Source: Candidatus Versatilivorator sp.
GTDB lineage: Bacteria > Acidobacteriota > Terriglobia > Versatilivoradales > Versatilivoraceae
Direction of reading: 5' to 3'
Assembly (NCBI GenBank): GCA_965207735.1
Contig: OZ242296.1
Span: 5,056,001-5,120,000 of the forward strand
DNA: 64,000 nt
Part shown: piece by piece, positions 48,719-61,324 of the stretch
How positions within the stretch are numbered: position 1 is the first letter of the stretch
How the letters are laid out: every line of letters begins with the position of its first letter
Position numbers and translations under genes: made by a program
The notes under the pieces: model-generated
What the model was told of the DNA's origin: nothing
What the model saw: the letters and a program-made list of their open reading frames with translations, nothing else
Databases searched by the model: none

Positions 48719-48808
48719 CCGGAAGGCATCGCGCCGGGTGCGAAATCGCCGATTCGGCACTCGCCCGGACTAGAGCTACCAGCGCAAACAGACGGGAGGT
48801 GGATATAC

Positions 48809-50347
48809 ATGTGGCGAGGACCGGACCTGGCGGTGATCGGGCTCAATCTGGCGGTGATGGTCTGGATCGGCGTCTATTGCGCCCGCAAGAGCAAGTCCTC
48901 GGACGCCTACTTCCTGGCCGGGCGCAACATGGCCGGATGGGTGGTGGGAATGTCGATGATGGCCACCATCGTCAGCTCCATGACCTTCCTGGCCACACCG
49001 GGATTTACCTATTCCGAAAACTGGCGCTACATGCCGGCCAACTTCACCTACCTGCTGGCCGCCATCCCCGGGCTCCTGCTATTTATGCCGCTCTTCAGGC
49101 GGGGTGGGTTCCGGTCCGCCTACGAATACCTGGAAAAGCGGTTCGGCACCTGGGCGCGGCTCTATGCCGGAGGGGCCTTCATCCTGTTCCAGATGTTCCG
49201 GCTGGGCGTGATCCTCTACGCGGTCTGCCTGCCCATCAAGGCCATGACCGGATTTTCGCTGCCGTGGGTGATCGTGATCTTCGGGGTCTTGGTGGCCGCC
49301 TATACCATCGCCGGAGGTCTGGAGGCGGTCATCTGGACCGACTTGATCCAGGGTTTTGCCTTGATCCTGGGTGGACTCATCTGCCTGCCCATCATCTTCG
49401 GGATGGTGCCGGGCGGCTTCGGCCAGGTGATGGGAGTGGCGTTGGCCGACGGCAAGCTCTCGGTGGGCAGCACCGCCTTGAATTTCTCTGAAAAGACCGT
49501 TTGGGTGACAGCGCTCATGCACCTGTTCCACTTTACCCAGTACATGTGCGTCAATCAGATGACCATTCAGCGCTACCAGGCTATCAAGACCACCAGCGAA
49601 GCTCGCAAGGGGATCGTCCTGAGCGCGGTCACCACCGTGGCCGTCTGGGTGTTTTTCAGCTTTATCGGGACGGCGCTCTACGTCCTCTACAAGTACAATC
49701 CGGCTCCGGAAGTAGGGACGCTGCTGCCGGAGGAGGTATACCCCTTCTTCATTCTCAGCCACGTCCCGGCCGGAGTGGCCGGCTTCGTGATCTCGGGACT
49801 GCTGGCGGCGGCCATGTCGACCCTCGATTCCAGCATCAACGCCTCGGCGGCCACGGTCACCACCGACTTCTATCGACGGTTGTTGGCCCCCGACCGGTTG
49901 GAGCGCCATTACGTCACCTTCGGAAGATGGATCTCGGGGTTCTTCGGAGTGGTCATGATCGCCATCGCCCTGATCATCCACTTCACCCGCACCGAGACTC
50001 TGCAGGACCTTCAAGCCACCCTGATCTCCATCATGAGCGGGGGACTGCTGGGACTGTTCCTGCTGGGCCTGTTGACTCGACGGGTGGACGGCCGGTCGGC
50101 CCTGCAGGCCACCATGGTCACCCTGGCCGGGGTCTGCCTGTGGCTGTTCATCGACAGCCGGTTGGGCGCAGAGCTGTTTCCGTCCCTTGCCGCCCTGCTT
50201 CCCGACAAGTTCTGGATCATCGTGCTGGGCAACATCTTCCTGTTTGTGCTGGGAGTCGCGCTGAGCTACGGGTCACGGCGCAAGCCGGACCGTGACCTGA
50301 CCGATCTCACCGTCTGGACCGAAAGCGCCGGTAAAGTGAAAGCCTGA
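48809..50347 (+). CDS. Sodium:solute symporter (SSS family)
   Basis: YFLAGR, SAYEYLEKRFG, GGLEAVIWTD and AAAMSTLDS; multiple TM segments. Confidence 0.93.
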   Translation: MWRGPDLAVIGLNLAVMVWIGVYCARKSKSSDAYFLAGRNMAGWVVGMSMMATIVSSMTFLATPGFTYSENWRYMPANFTYLLAAIPGLLLFMPLFRRGGFRSAYEYLEKRFGTWARLYAGGAFILFQMFRLGVILYAVCLPIKAMTGFSLPWVIVIFGVLVAAYTIAGGLEAVIWTDLIQGFALILGGLICLPIIFGMVPGGFGQVMGVALADGKLSVGSTALNFSEKTVWVTALMHLFHFTQYMCVNQMTIQRYQAIKTTSEARKGIVLSAVTTVAVWVFFSFIGTALYVLYKYNPAPEVGTLLPEEVYPFFILSHVPAGVAGFVISGLLAAAMSTLDSSINASAATVTTDFYRRLLAPDRLERHYVTFGRWISGFFGVVMIAIALIIHFTRTETLQDLQATLISIMSGGLLGLFLLGLLTRRVDGRSALQATMVTLAGVCLWLFIDSRLGAELFPSLAALLPDKFWIIVLGNIFLFVLGVALSYGSRRKPDRDLTDLTVWTESAGKVKA

Positions 50348-50463
50348 AGGGGCAGATCTGCTGGCGAGGATTCGCCTCCGCGGGGCTGCCCGTGGTAGTC
50401 ACTCTCGGAGCGCCGCGTTGGCCCCCCTCCGGATCGACTGCGGGCTGGCGCCCTTGTCTCTCC

Positions 50464-50658
50464 GACTCCCCCTCAAGGGGGGAGTGATACTTGAGGCTTG
50501 CATCAGGCGCCTTGCCCGATTCCTGGGCAGGATGTAAACCATGTTCCCGGTCTACCGCATAAACTCCGTTCCCTCTTCATAACACGGGTATCACTCCCCC
50601 CTTGAGGGGGAGTCGCAGAAGTCGAGCCGAATGGCGAAGGCTGATGCGGAGGGGGGCA
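50464..50658. repeat. REP-like repeat family C
   Basis: Perfect 27-bp inverted repeat (50464-50490 and 50588-50614), each arm itself a hairpin. The tail 50616-50658 recurs at 19633-19675. Confidence 0.85.
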
Positions 50659-50682
50659 TACGCCGGTCCGCCGGTGCGGGCG

Positions 50683-52179
50683 CTACGCCCCGTGCCCTGG
50701 ATAGGTCAGGTTCTCCTCCAGGGGATAGAGGGATCGCCGTACGTTTCGGTAGCTGAAGTGGGCTGGGTTGGCGCTGGTGGACCCGGACGTGTCCACCAGA
50801 ATGGTGCGGTGGGCGATGGGTTCATAGGCTGCCCGGGGGGCGACCACTCCCTTGACCACCAGGATCTTCTTCTTTTCGGGCCTGAGCCCCAGGGCCCAGA
50901 GCTGCTCGAGGCTTCGGGGGGCCATTCGAATACTGGTCAGCACCAGGGTATTTTGGCGCGGCGTTTCCAGCACCGCCGTCACTCCCTGATCGAAGACCCC
51001 GTGGCCGCCGTGCCGCGGACGGCTTTCGGTGGAGCATCCGTCGGCGATGGATCGGATACTGCCCTTGACCCGCAGGGGACGGCCGTGCAGAGTGTCGCTC
51101 TTGGCGCCCACTGTCAACTCGATCGACTGCCGAACCCCACTTTGCACGCAGGCCGCCACGGCCTCGGGATCGTATAGCGACACCAGGGCCTTCGAGGCCT
51201 GCTGGCGCAGGATTTCCTCCAGCAGGATGGTGGAGTCGCCCGGGCTGCCTCCGCCGACGTTGTCCCCCACATCCAACAGCACAACGGGGCCGCCTGCTTC
51301 CCGGGCGGCGCTGCGCACGGCCTCGGCCGGACCGGGAAGGTCGCTGAGGAACTCCCCGCGGCGCTGCCAGGCTCTTTCCGCCAGCCAGCGGGCCGTCTTG
51401 CGCGCCAAGTCCTGGTCTCCGTCGGCGACGGCCAGAAAGGAGGCTCCCATCTCTTCCACGTCGGAATAGTAAAAACCCATGGCCGTGCTGGCCGAGAGAA
51501 TCCCCGGCCGGCCCAGCACCGACTCGACGTCCCGGTAGAGCTCCCTGGCAGGCGCCTCCTCCGTGTATTGCCGGGTGATGTTGAGCAACAGGGGAGGACG
51601 CTCCAGGGCCTGGACCGGGACTATCTCACCCCGAAGGGTCCGGGCCATCAGGTCGGCCGCCTCCAGGCCGCGCTCTCTCTGGTCCAGGTGGGGGTTGGAC
51701 CGGTAGACCACGATGGCGTCGGTGTTGCGGGCCATCTTGTCGGAGATGTTGGCATGCAGGTCGATGACGGCCAGGATGGGAATACGGGCCCCCAGGATCT
51801 GGCGGAAACGGGCGGCAAGCTCTCCGTCGGCGTCGGGGTAGCTCTCGGACACGGCCGCCCCGTGCAGGGCCACCAGCAGTCCGTCCAGCGGCAGGGCCGC
51901 GCGCAGGGCCTCGGTAAGGTCGGCAGCCAGCTCTTCGAAGGAGTCGCTGGGAATGGGGGCCGAAGGCACACCGTAGGCGGCCAGCAGAGGTACAGGCTCG
52001 AACCCGTATTCCCGGGAGCCTTCCAGGAATCCGCCGAGCTGGTGGTGGGTGCCTTCCCAGCGTTCCAGCAATGCTTTCCCCCGAGTCAGGCTGGTGTCCT
52101 TGAAGTGCTGATAAGGCGTGGGGATGGGGGAGAAGCTGTTGGATTCGTGCAGAAATCCGCCGATTCCGACGCGTTTCAT
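50683..52179 (-). CDS. M81-family metallopeptidase (MlrC-like)
   Basis: MKRVGIGGFLHESNSF, ALHGA, DLHAN, NPHLD and DNVGGG. The true start is ATG 52179, not the longer listed ORF start. Confidence 0.9.
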   Translation of the reverse strand: MKRVGIGGFLHESNSFSPIPTPYQHFKDTSLTRGKALLERWEGTHHQLGGFLEGSREYGFEPVPLLAAYGVPSAPIPSDSFEELAADLTEALRAALPLDGLLVALHGAAVSESYPDADGELAARFRQILGARIPILAVIDLHANISDKMARNTDAIVVYRSNPHLDQRERGLEAADLMARTLRGEIVPVQALERPPLLLNITRQYTEEAPARELYRDVESVLGRPGILSASTAMGFYYSDVEEMGASFLAVADGDQDLARKTARWLAERAWQRRGEFLSDLPGPAEAVRSAAREAGGPVVLLDVGDNVGGGSPGDSTILLEEILRQQASKALVSLYDPEAVAACVQSGVRQSIELTVGAKSDTLHGRPLRVKGSIRSIADGCSTESRPRHGGHGVFDQGVTAVLETPRQNTLVLTSIRMAPRSLEQLWALGLRPEKKKILVVKGVVAPRAAYEPIAHRTILVDTSGSTSANPAHFSYRNVRRSLYPLEENLTYPGHGA

Positions 52180-52205
52180 GAAAACTCCCGGGGAAGGCTG
52201 CGGGG

Positions 52206-54563
<2,358 letters not shown>

Positions 54564-54881
54564 GTCGATTGGCTCCTGGAGAAATGGAAACGATGCCCTG
54601 GACCCATGACTCGTGAATCCCGCCTCGGATCGGTTGCGAGGGCCGTGGGGATGGGGTCGGCTGAACCAGGGGGCTCCATACTACTGGATTGCGCACCCGA
54701 CGCCAACCGGGATTGTCCCGTTCGGGCTCCGGATAACTCCGACCACTAGATAACCACCCGGAGGGGGCGGGGCTGTGATAGATTCTGCACTGAACGCAGG
54801 GCGACGCTCGACATCATCCAATGGTCGGGGCGGCCCGGTTGTAGTCAATGGATTGAACCAGAAAGCGATCATGGAGGAGCG

Positions 54882-56075
54882 TTGCAGATGACCAAGAGAG
54901 ATTTAGTCGCGCTGACGGTTTTGTGTGCTTTCGGTGTCCTGTGCCTGGCCGCCTGTCAACAGGCGCCGGTGGAAGAGCCGGCTCCGGCGGGGCCGCCCTT
55001 CAGCTCCGCCATCGAAGTGGATGACACTCTCTATCTGTCCGGGCAGGTGGGACTGGACCCGGAGACCCGGGAGATGGCCTCGGGAATCGAGGCGGAGACC
55101 AAGGTGACCATGGAGAATCTGAAGCGGGAACTGGAGGCCAAGGGATACGGCTTCTCCGACGTGGTGGCCACCCACGTATGGCTGACCGATATGGAGCAGA
55201 TCGGCCCGATGAGCAAGGTCTATCGCTCATTCCTGGAGCAGGACAAGCTTCCCAGCCGCACCACCGTCGCGGTTTCGGAGCTGGCGTTGGGAGCCGGCGT
55301 GGAAATCGCCATGGTCGCCGTGCGGGGAGAGAAGCAGTACGTCTATCCCGAAGGGACCGAGCCCGGCAAGGCGCCTTACAGTCCCGGCGTGCTGGCGGGG
55401 GACCGCCTCTTTGTGTCGGGTCAGGCCGGGGTCATTCCGGGAACGGCACCACCCAAACTGGTCGAAGGCGACATCAAGGCCCACGTGACCCAAACCCTCA
55501 AGAATATCGAGACGGTGCTGAAGGCAGCCGACATGGATTTCTCCAACGTGGTCTCGACCGAGGTCTTCATGACCAGCGGCGACTATTTCGGACCCATGAG
55601 CGAGACCTACGTTTCCATGGTGCCCGACCCCAAGCCGGCCCGGGTGCCCATTCTGGTCTCGGCCATTCCCCTCGGTTCACCCGTCGAAATCACCATGATC
55701 GCCAGCCGGGAGGAGAAAACGCCGGTGCTGCCTGAAGGCATGGGACCGAGCGGCGCTTACAGCCGCGGCCTCAAGGTGGGCAACACCATGTACATCGCCG
55801 GTGTGTTCAGCGCCAAGGAGACGGTGGAAGAGCGTGTGAACGATTGCCTGGATCGGGTGAAGCAGATCTACGAGGCCGGCGGGTTCGCCATGAGCGACGT
55901 GGTCGAGGCCAGGGTCTACCTCAAGGACTGGGAGGACTATGGCGGCATGAATGCCGCCTATCGGAAGTATTTCCCTGAAAATCCTCCGACCCGGGCCACC
56001 ATGGAAGTTCCCGATTCACCCGGGACGACCAAAATCGGGATGGCCTTCGTGGCCGCCAAGCCCGCGGCGGAATAG
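54882..56075 (+). CDS. Lipoprotein with three tandem RidA/YjgF domains
   Basis: LAAC lipobox. Three units: LYLSGQ..PSRT, LFVSGQ..PARV and MYIAG..PTRA. Confidence 0.88.
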   Translation: MQMTKRDLVALTVLCAFGVLCLAACQQAPVEEPAPAGPPFSSAIEVDDTLYLSGQVGLDPETREMASGIEAETKVTMENLKRELEAKGYGFSDVVATHVWLTDMEQIGPMSKVYRSFLEQDKLPSRTTVAVSELALGAGVEIAMVAVRGEKQYVYPEGTEPGKAPYSPGVLAGDRLFVSGQAGVIPGTAPPKLVEGDIKAHVTQTLKNIETVLKAADMDFSNVVSTEVFMTSGDYFGPMSETYVSMVPDPKPARVPILVSAIPLGSPVEITMIASREEKTPVLPEGMGPSGAYSRGLKVGNTMYIAGVFSAKETVEERVNDCLDRVKQIYEAGGFAMSDVVEARVYLKDWEDYGGMNAAYRKYFPENPPTRATMEVPDSPGTTKIGMAFVAAKPAAE

Positions 56076-56167
56076 CCGCGCCCCCGCCCCACACGACGGG
56101 GCGGCTCATAGGGGGCGAAACAGGGGTATTCCAGGCAAGACAAGCTTGAGGGCGAGGACGCTATTGT

Positions 56168-56566
56168 CTACAGGCGCTGAACATCGGGCAAGCTAGCCAT
56201 CTGTCTGTCGAGTGTCAAAACCTGCACGCCGGCGCGAGAGTACTCGTCAGCGATGAGGCGGTCGAAAAGGCCGGCGCCGCCGGATGCTTTCAGCGCGACG
56301 ATGACTGATCGCCCATTCAGCGGTGCGACGAGACCGCTGGTTAGGATGCTCAGTAGACCCGATCGAGCGTCAGCGCCGTTAAGTCCATAATGGTGCTGAA
56401 CGGCCACAAATGTTTCACCGATCACCTGGTTCGAAGCGAAGACCTCGGCGCCATCGCGTTCCACCAAGGCAATCAACTCTCGTTCGTAGCGCTCGTATTC
56501 GCTCGCCGGCGAGCCTGTCAACAGCCGCACCAGCACGGACGTATCAATCCCGTAGCGACGGGTCAT
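56168..56566 (-). CDS. vapC: PIN-domain toxin (VapC-like)
   Basis: IDTSVLVRLL, VIGE, FDRLI and LTLD. Confidence 0.85.
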   Translation of the reverse strand: MTRRYGIDTSVLVRLLTGSPASEYERYERELIALVERDGAEVFASNQVIGETFVAVQHHYGLNGADARSGLLSILTSGLVAPLNGRSVIVALKASGGAGLFDRLIADEYSRAGVQVLTLDRQMASLPDVQRL

Positions 56567-56786
56567 AGGGCTCACTTCGGAATTTCTCTATGTCGAAGGG
56601 GGGATGTCCCGGTGGAATCTTGTGTCTGAGCGGGGCCAGTTTCGAATAGTCGATCCGCCGCGGCCGCAAAATGAAGCCCTCGGGACTTTCCTGGAGTTCG
56701 AGCCGGTCACCGGGCCCCACGCCCAGCGCAGCCAGCACCCGCGCCGGGAACGTGACCTGTCGCTTGGATGTAATCTTGACTATCAT
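56544..56786 (-). CDS. AbrB/MazE-type antitoxin
   Basis: MIVKITSKRQVTFP..LGVGPGDRL. GGAG RBS before ATG 56786; overlaps the PIN gene. Confidence 0.88.
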   Translation of the reverse strand: MIVKITSKRQVTFPARVLAALGVGPGDRLELQESPEGFILRPRRIDYSKLAPLRHKIPPGHPPFDIEKFRSEPYDPSLRD

Positions 56787-56979
56787 GGCGGTTCTCCTTA
56801 CAAAAAACTTATCAAAGTAAGGCGATGGAATCAAGTATTGCGTCCTTAAGCAAAAAGCCGACAAATACCCCGACAAAATTTGACTGCTGACACCGGCAGG
56901 TATAAAATGCCACTGCCTTTAAAAATATATCCCGTAGTGTTGTTCAGACGCTTGCCGCGGCAAGTGGTTTGGGGGTTGT

Positions 56980-59823
56980 ATGAGCTACCTGGTGGTTCTC
57001 ATTGCTATTGCCGCTCACCTCATGGCTGTCTCTCTCCATGGGGAGGAACAGAAGCCCAGCTTCGAAGCTGACATTCGGCCTATTTTCGAGGCCCACTGCA
57101 ACGCCTGTCACCGGGGTACATCCCCCCAGAGCGGGCTGGTCATGGAGACGGTCGAGGCGCTTCTCAAAGGCGGCGAAAAGGAAGGTCCGTCGGTCATACC
57201 CGGACAGAGCGCCGAGAGTTCTCTTCTGCTCTATTTGAGGGGTGAACGCCAGCCCCAAATGCCCATAGGCGGCGATCCGCTGCCGGCGGAGCAGATCGAC
57301 CTGATCGCCCGCTGGGTCGACCAGCTTTCGCCCGGGCCCGACAACTCGAGCCAGGCGGCGACTGACACGGCCGCTGCTGACGCATCCGCCCATCAGTTCG
57401 AAACAGCCGTCAAGCCTCTCCTGGAGCAGCACTGCTTTACCTGCCATTCCATCCAGAACCACCAGAGTGGATTGGTGCTGGAAACCATGGCCTCCCTGCT
57501 GAAAGGAGGATCCCTGGGCGGTCCGGGAGTCATTCCGGGGAATAGCGCTTCCAGCCCGCTCATCCAGCGGTTGCTCGGCGAGAAGGCTCCCCAGATGCCC
57601 CTGAACGGGGAACCCCTGTCGGAAGAGCAGGTCGAGGCGATTGCGCAGTGGATCGACGAGTTGGAGGTGGCGCCTGTTCAGCAAGAGGCCGCGGCGGAAA
57701 AGCCCGGCTGGCCCTGGACTCCATTGGAAAAGCCGGCCGTTCCCCAGGTCAGTCGGAAGAGTTGGGTCAAGAACCCGATCGATGCCTTTGTGTTGGCCAA
57801 GCTGGAAGAAAAGGGCATGGAGCCGGCGCCTCCCGTAAACAGGCGTCAGTTGCTCCGAAGGCTCTATTTCGATCTGATCGGGTTGCCTCCCACATCCGAG
57901 GAGATGAAGGCCTTTCTCGAAGATGACTCGCCCGACGCCTACTCCAATGCCGTGGAAAGGCTGCTGGCCGACTCCCGCTACGGCGAGCGTTGGGCCCGGC
58001 ACTGGATGGACGTGGTGCGTTACGGCGATTCGGTGGGGGGCGGGTTGGACTATCCCTTGGCCCACATGTGGCGCTACCGGGACTACATCATCCGGGCGTT
58101 CAACCAGGACAAGCCTTACGACCGATTCATCAAGGAGCAGATAGCGGGGGACGCCTTCAGAAATTACGGGGAAGATGGGAGAATTGCCACCGCCTTCCTG
58201 AACCTGCAGGTACAGGTAGAGGGGTCGGGCGATCAGCGGCGTGATTTTCTGACGGATGTGGTGAATACCACCGGGTCGGTGTTTCTGGGAGTCACCCTGG
58301 GATGCGCCCGCTGTCACGACCACAAGTACGACCCCATTACCCACAAGGACTACTACCGCATCGAAGCCTTTTACGCCCCCATGCCCAAACCGCTGCCCCA
58401 GCCGGTGGGGTTCACCCAGTACGAACTCCCCAAGCAGAATCCCGAGCTCTGGGAACGCAAAGCCAAGGAATGGGAGGATCGGCTCAAGAAACGCAAGGAG
58501 TGGGCAGACGAGCTGCGCAAACAGGTCAAGGAAATTACCGATCCGCATCGGATTCTCATGTCGCCGCTGGACCTCAAGGACTGGGTGGTGGCCGACTTGA
58601 GGCGGGTGCCTTTTTCCACCAGCGAGCTGGTGCCCAAGGAGATCAGCAAACAGTTCTCCCTGATCGGGCGACAGAACGCCCGCTTTGCCAACCCCAACGA
58701 TCCCGACCGATACAAGGCCATGGCCTATGTACCCGCGGAACCACTGGGAAGCGTCGGGTATGCGCCAACCACCTTCCTGCTCAAGGGAGGCGACCCCGAG
58801 CTCAAGCAGGAAGTGGTGGAGCCCGGCTTTGTGGTGGCGGCCAGTGGGGACCCCGAGCCGGTGGATCTGAAGGGTTGGAGCGGGAGCCGGCGCAAGAAGC
58901 TGGCCAGTTGGCTGGCGAGCCCGGAGAATCCTCTGACGCCTCGCGTCATGGTGAACCGGATCTGGCAACACCACTTCGGAAAAGGGTTGGTGAAGACACC
59001 CAGCGACATGGGCAAGAACGGCGCGGGCACGGTCCATCCGGAGTTGATCGACTGGCTGGCGGCCGAGTTCATCGAAAAGAGCTGGAGCATCAAGGACATG
59101 CACCGCCTGATGCTGCATTCCAACCTCTTCCGCCAATCCCTGAACAATCCTCGCGCCACCGAATACGAATCTATCGACAGCGCCAATCGCTACCTGTGGC
59201 GGATGCCGCCCATTCGCCTGGAAGCCGAGGTTATTCGCGACAACATCCTGGCGGTGAGCGGCGACCTGAACCTGCTGGCCGGAGGCCCCAGCTTCTTCCC
59301 CGACCTGGAAGACGACATGATGAAGCGCGCCCGGACCTGGTGGGAGCCCGATTCTCAGGAGGAGCGCAACCGGCGAAGCGTCTATATGCTGCAACAGCGG
59401 GTGCTGGTGTCGCCCCTGATCTCGGTTTTCGACGGGCCCAACATCAGCGAGAGCTGCGATGTCCGGGAGGTCACCACCGTAACGCCTCAGGTGTTTGCCC
59501 TGTTCAACAGCAAGTTTGCCCACCAGAAGAGCCACGCCATGGCGGAGCGGATCCTGCAGGAGGTGGGGACGGATCCGGGCCGGCAGGTGGAGCGCGCCTT
59601 CCAGTTGGCCTTGCAGCGGCAGCCGACGCCGGTGGAAAAGATCCGGGGCATGAAGTTCCTGGGAGTTCAAACGGATGTGCCCGGGACCGAGTTGAGTCTT
59701 ACCCAGGCGGCCTATACCCCGGAGAGCGCCGGGAGCCTGCCATCCAATGGCAAGACCGGCAGGTCTCTGTCCGACTTTTGCCTGGCCATGTTCAATCTCA
59801 ATGAGTTTATTTTCCTGCAGTAG
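56980..59823 (+). CDS. Planctomycete-type cytochrome c / DUF1549-DUF1553 protein
   Basis: CNACH, CFTCH and CARCH motifs; YGERWARHWMD, TPRVMVNRIW and HPELIDWLA. Confidence 0.92.
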   Translation: MSYLVVLIAIAAHLMAVSLHGEEQKPSFEADIRPIFEAHCNACHRGTSPQSGLVMETVEALLKGGEKEGPSVIPGQSAESSLLLYLRGERQPQMPIGGDPLPAEQIDLIARWVDQLSPGPDNSSQAATDTAAADASAHQFETAVKPLLEQHCFTCHSIQNHQSGLVLETMASLLKGGSLGGPGVIPGNSASSPLIQRLLGEKAPQMPLNGEPLSEEQVEAIAQWIDELEVAPVQQEAAAEKPGWPWTPLEKPAVPQVSRKSWVKNPIDAFVLAKLEEKGMEPAPPVNRRQLLRRLYFDLIGLPPTSEEMKAFLEDDSPDAYSNAVERLLADSRYGERWARHWMDVVRYGDSVGGGLDYPLAHMWRYRDYIIRAFNQDKPYDRFIKEQIAGDAFRNYGEDGRIATAFLNLQVQVEGSGDQRRDFLTDVVNTTGSVFLGVTLGCARCHDHKYDPITHKDYYRIEAFYAPMPKPLPQPVGFTQYELPKQNPELWERKAKEWEDRLKKRKEWADELRKQVKEITDPHRILMSPLDLKDWVVADLRRVPFSTSELVPKEISKQFSLIGRQNARFANPNDPDRYKAMAYVPAEPLGSVGYAPTTFLLKGGDPELKQEVVEPGFVVAASGDPEPVDLKGWSGSRRKKLASWLASPENPLTPRVMVNRIWQHHFGKGLVKTPSDMGKNGAGTVHPELIDWLAAEFIEKSWSIKDMHRLMLHSNLFRQSLNNPRATEYESIDSANRYLWRMPPIRLEAEVIRDNILAVSGDLNLLAGGPSFFPDLEDDMMKRARTWWEPDSQEERNRRSVYMLQQRVLVSPLISVFDGPNISESCDVREVTTVTPQVFALFNSKFAHQKSHAMAERILQEVGTDPGRQVERAFQLALQRQPTPVEKIRGMKFLGVQTDVPGTELSLTQAAYTPESAGSLPSNGKTGRSLSDFCLAMFNLNEFIFLQ

Positions 59824-59865
59824 GCGAAGGAGTCCATTCGCAGCCTGCGAAAGAGTGGGGCACCG

Positions 59866-61320
59866 ATGCTGATCAAACCGCAATTCAATCAATGTGGGGA
59901 CGTCGAGGTCCAGGATCCCAGGTCAGGGGACGTGGGGCGCAGGGACTTCCTGTTCCGTATGGGCCGAGGGATCGGAGGGACCGCCCTGTCCTACATGCTG
60001 GCCCGGGATGGCCTGCTGGCCAAGGGGATCCCGGCGGGGAACCCTCTGGCTGCCAAGGCTCCCCATTTTGCTCCCAAGGCCAAGGCCTGCATCTTCCTCT
60101 TCATGGCCGGCGCTCCCAGCCAGATGGACACCTTCGACCCCAAGCCGATTCTGGCCAAGTACCACGGCACGCCCATCACCCGCATTTATGGGAGCCTGGA
60201 GAAGCGGATTTACGTAGGCAGCCCCTTCAAGTTTGCCAAACACGGTCAGTGCGGGATGGAAGTCTCGGAGATTTTTCCTCACCTTTCCACTTGCGTGGAT
60301 GACATTGCCGTGGTGCGTTCCCTGCATACCAACTCCAATAGCCATCCCACCGGGTTTATTCTGATGAACACCGGGGTGCAGGAGCCGGGCGCCGCTCCTT
60401 CCATGGGGTCCTGGCTGGTATATGGCCTCGGCACCGAGAACCAGAACATGCCGGGGTTTGTGGTGCTGCCCGACGGGGGAATCCAGGGCGGGATCGCCAA
60501 CTACTCCAACTCCTATCTGCCCACGGCTTATCAGGGCACGCTGATCAACCCCCAGGGGGTTCCCATCGTGGATCTGAAGCCCCCCAGTGGGGTGACCGTG
60601 AAGCAGCAGAGTGAGACGCTGGGGTTGATCAACGACTACAACCGGGGCTATATCGACTCGGACCCCGGCAACAGCGCTCTGCTGGGCCGGATGAAGAGTT
60701 ACGAGTTGGCCTTCCGCATGCAAATGGCCGTCCCCGATGCCCTGGACGTCGACCGGGAACCCGAAAAGGTCAAGGAGCTATACGGGTTGAACGACAAGAT
60801 CGCCGAGCCCATGGCCCGCCGCTGTCTGATGGCGCGACGCATGGTGGAAAGAGGCGTGCGGTTCGTGCAGATCTATTGCGGAGGCTGGGACTCCCATTCC
60901 GATATCGATGGGGGACATCGGCGCTGTGGTCTCAAAAGCGATCAGCCTGTAGCAGGTTTATTGAAGGACCTGAAGCAGAGAGGCTTGCTGGACGAGACCC
61001 TGGTGGTTTGGGGCGGCGAGTTCGGGCGGACCGCCGACAATCACATGTCCTTCTTCCGGGCCCATCCCGGGCGCGACCACAACGAGAAAGCCATGGTGAC
61101 CTGGTTTGCCGGCGGTGGGATCAAGGGAGGAACGGTGGTTGGCAACACCGACGAAATGGGGATCGAGGCTGCCGAAAACGTCTACCACCTGCATGATCTC
61201 CACGCCACCATCCTGCACCTGATGGGGTTGGATGACATGCGGCTCACCTACTACCACGCGGGCCGCTTCAAGCGCCTCACCGACCTGGGCGGCCGGGTCA
61301 TGAAGGAGATTGTGGCCTAA
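59866..61320 (+). CDS. DUF1501 domain protein (Tat signal)
   Basis: GRRDFL, GAPSQMDTFDPKP, VERGVRFVQ, GEFGRT and GRDHN. Confidence 0.92.
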   Translation: MLIKPQFNQCGDVEVQDPRSGDVGRRDFLFRMGRGIGGTALSYMLARDGLLAKGIPAGNPLAAKAPHFAPKAKACIFLFMAGAPSQMDTFDPKPILAKYHGTPITRIYGSLEKRIYVGSPFKFAKHGQCGMEVSEIFPHLSTCVDDIAVVRSLHTNSNSHPTGFILMNTGVQEPGAAPSMGSWLVYGLGTENQNMPGFVVLPDGGIQGGIANYSNSYLPTAYQGTLINPQGVPIVDLKPPSGVTVKQQSETLGLINDYNRGYIDSDPGNSALLGRMKSYELAFRMQMAVPDALDVDREPEKVKELYGLNDKIAEPMARRCLMARRMVERGVRFVQIYCGGWDSHSDIDGGHRRCGLKSDQPVAGLLKDLKQRGLLDETLVVWGGEFGRTADNHMSFFRAHPGRDHNEKAMVTWFAGGGIKGGTVVGNTDEMGIEAAENVYHLHDLHATILHLMGLDDMRLTYYHAGRFKRLTDLGGRVMKEIVA

Positions 61321-61324
61321 ATCT

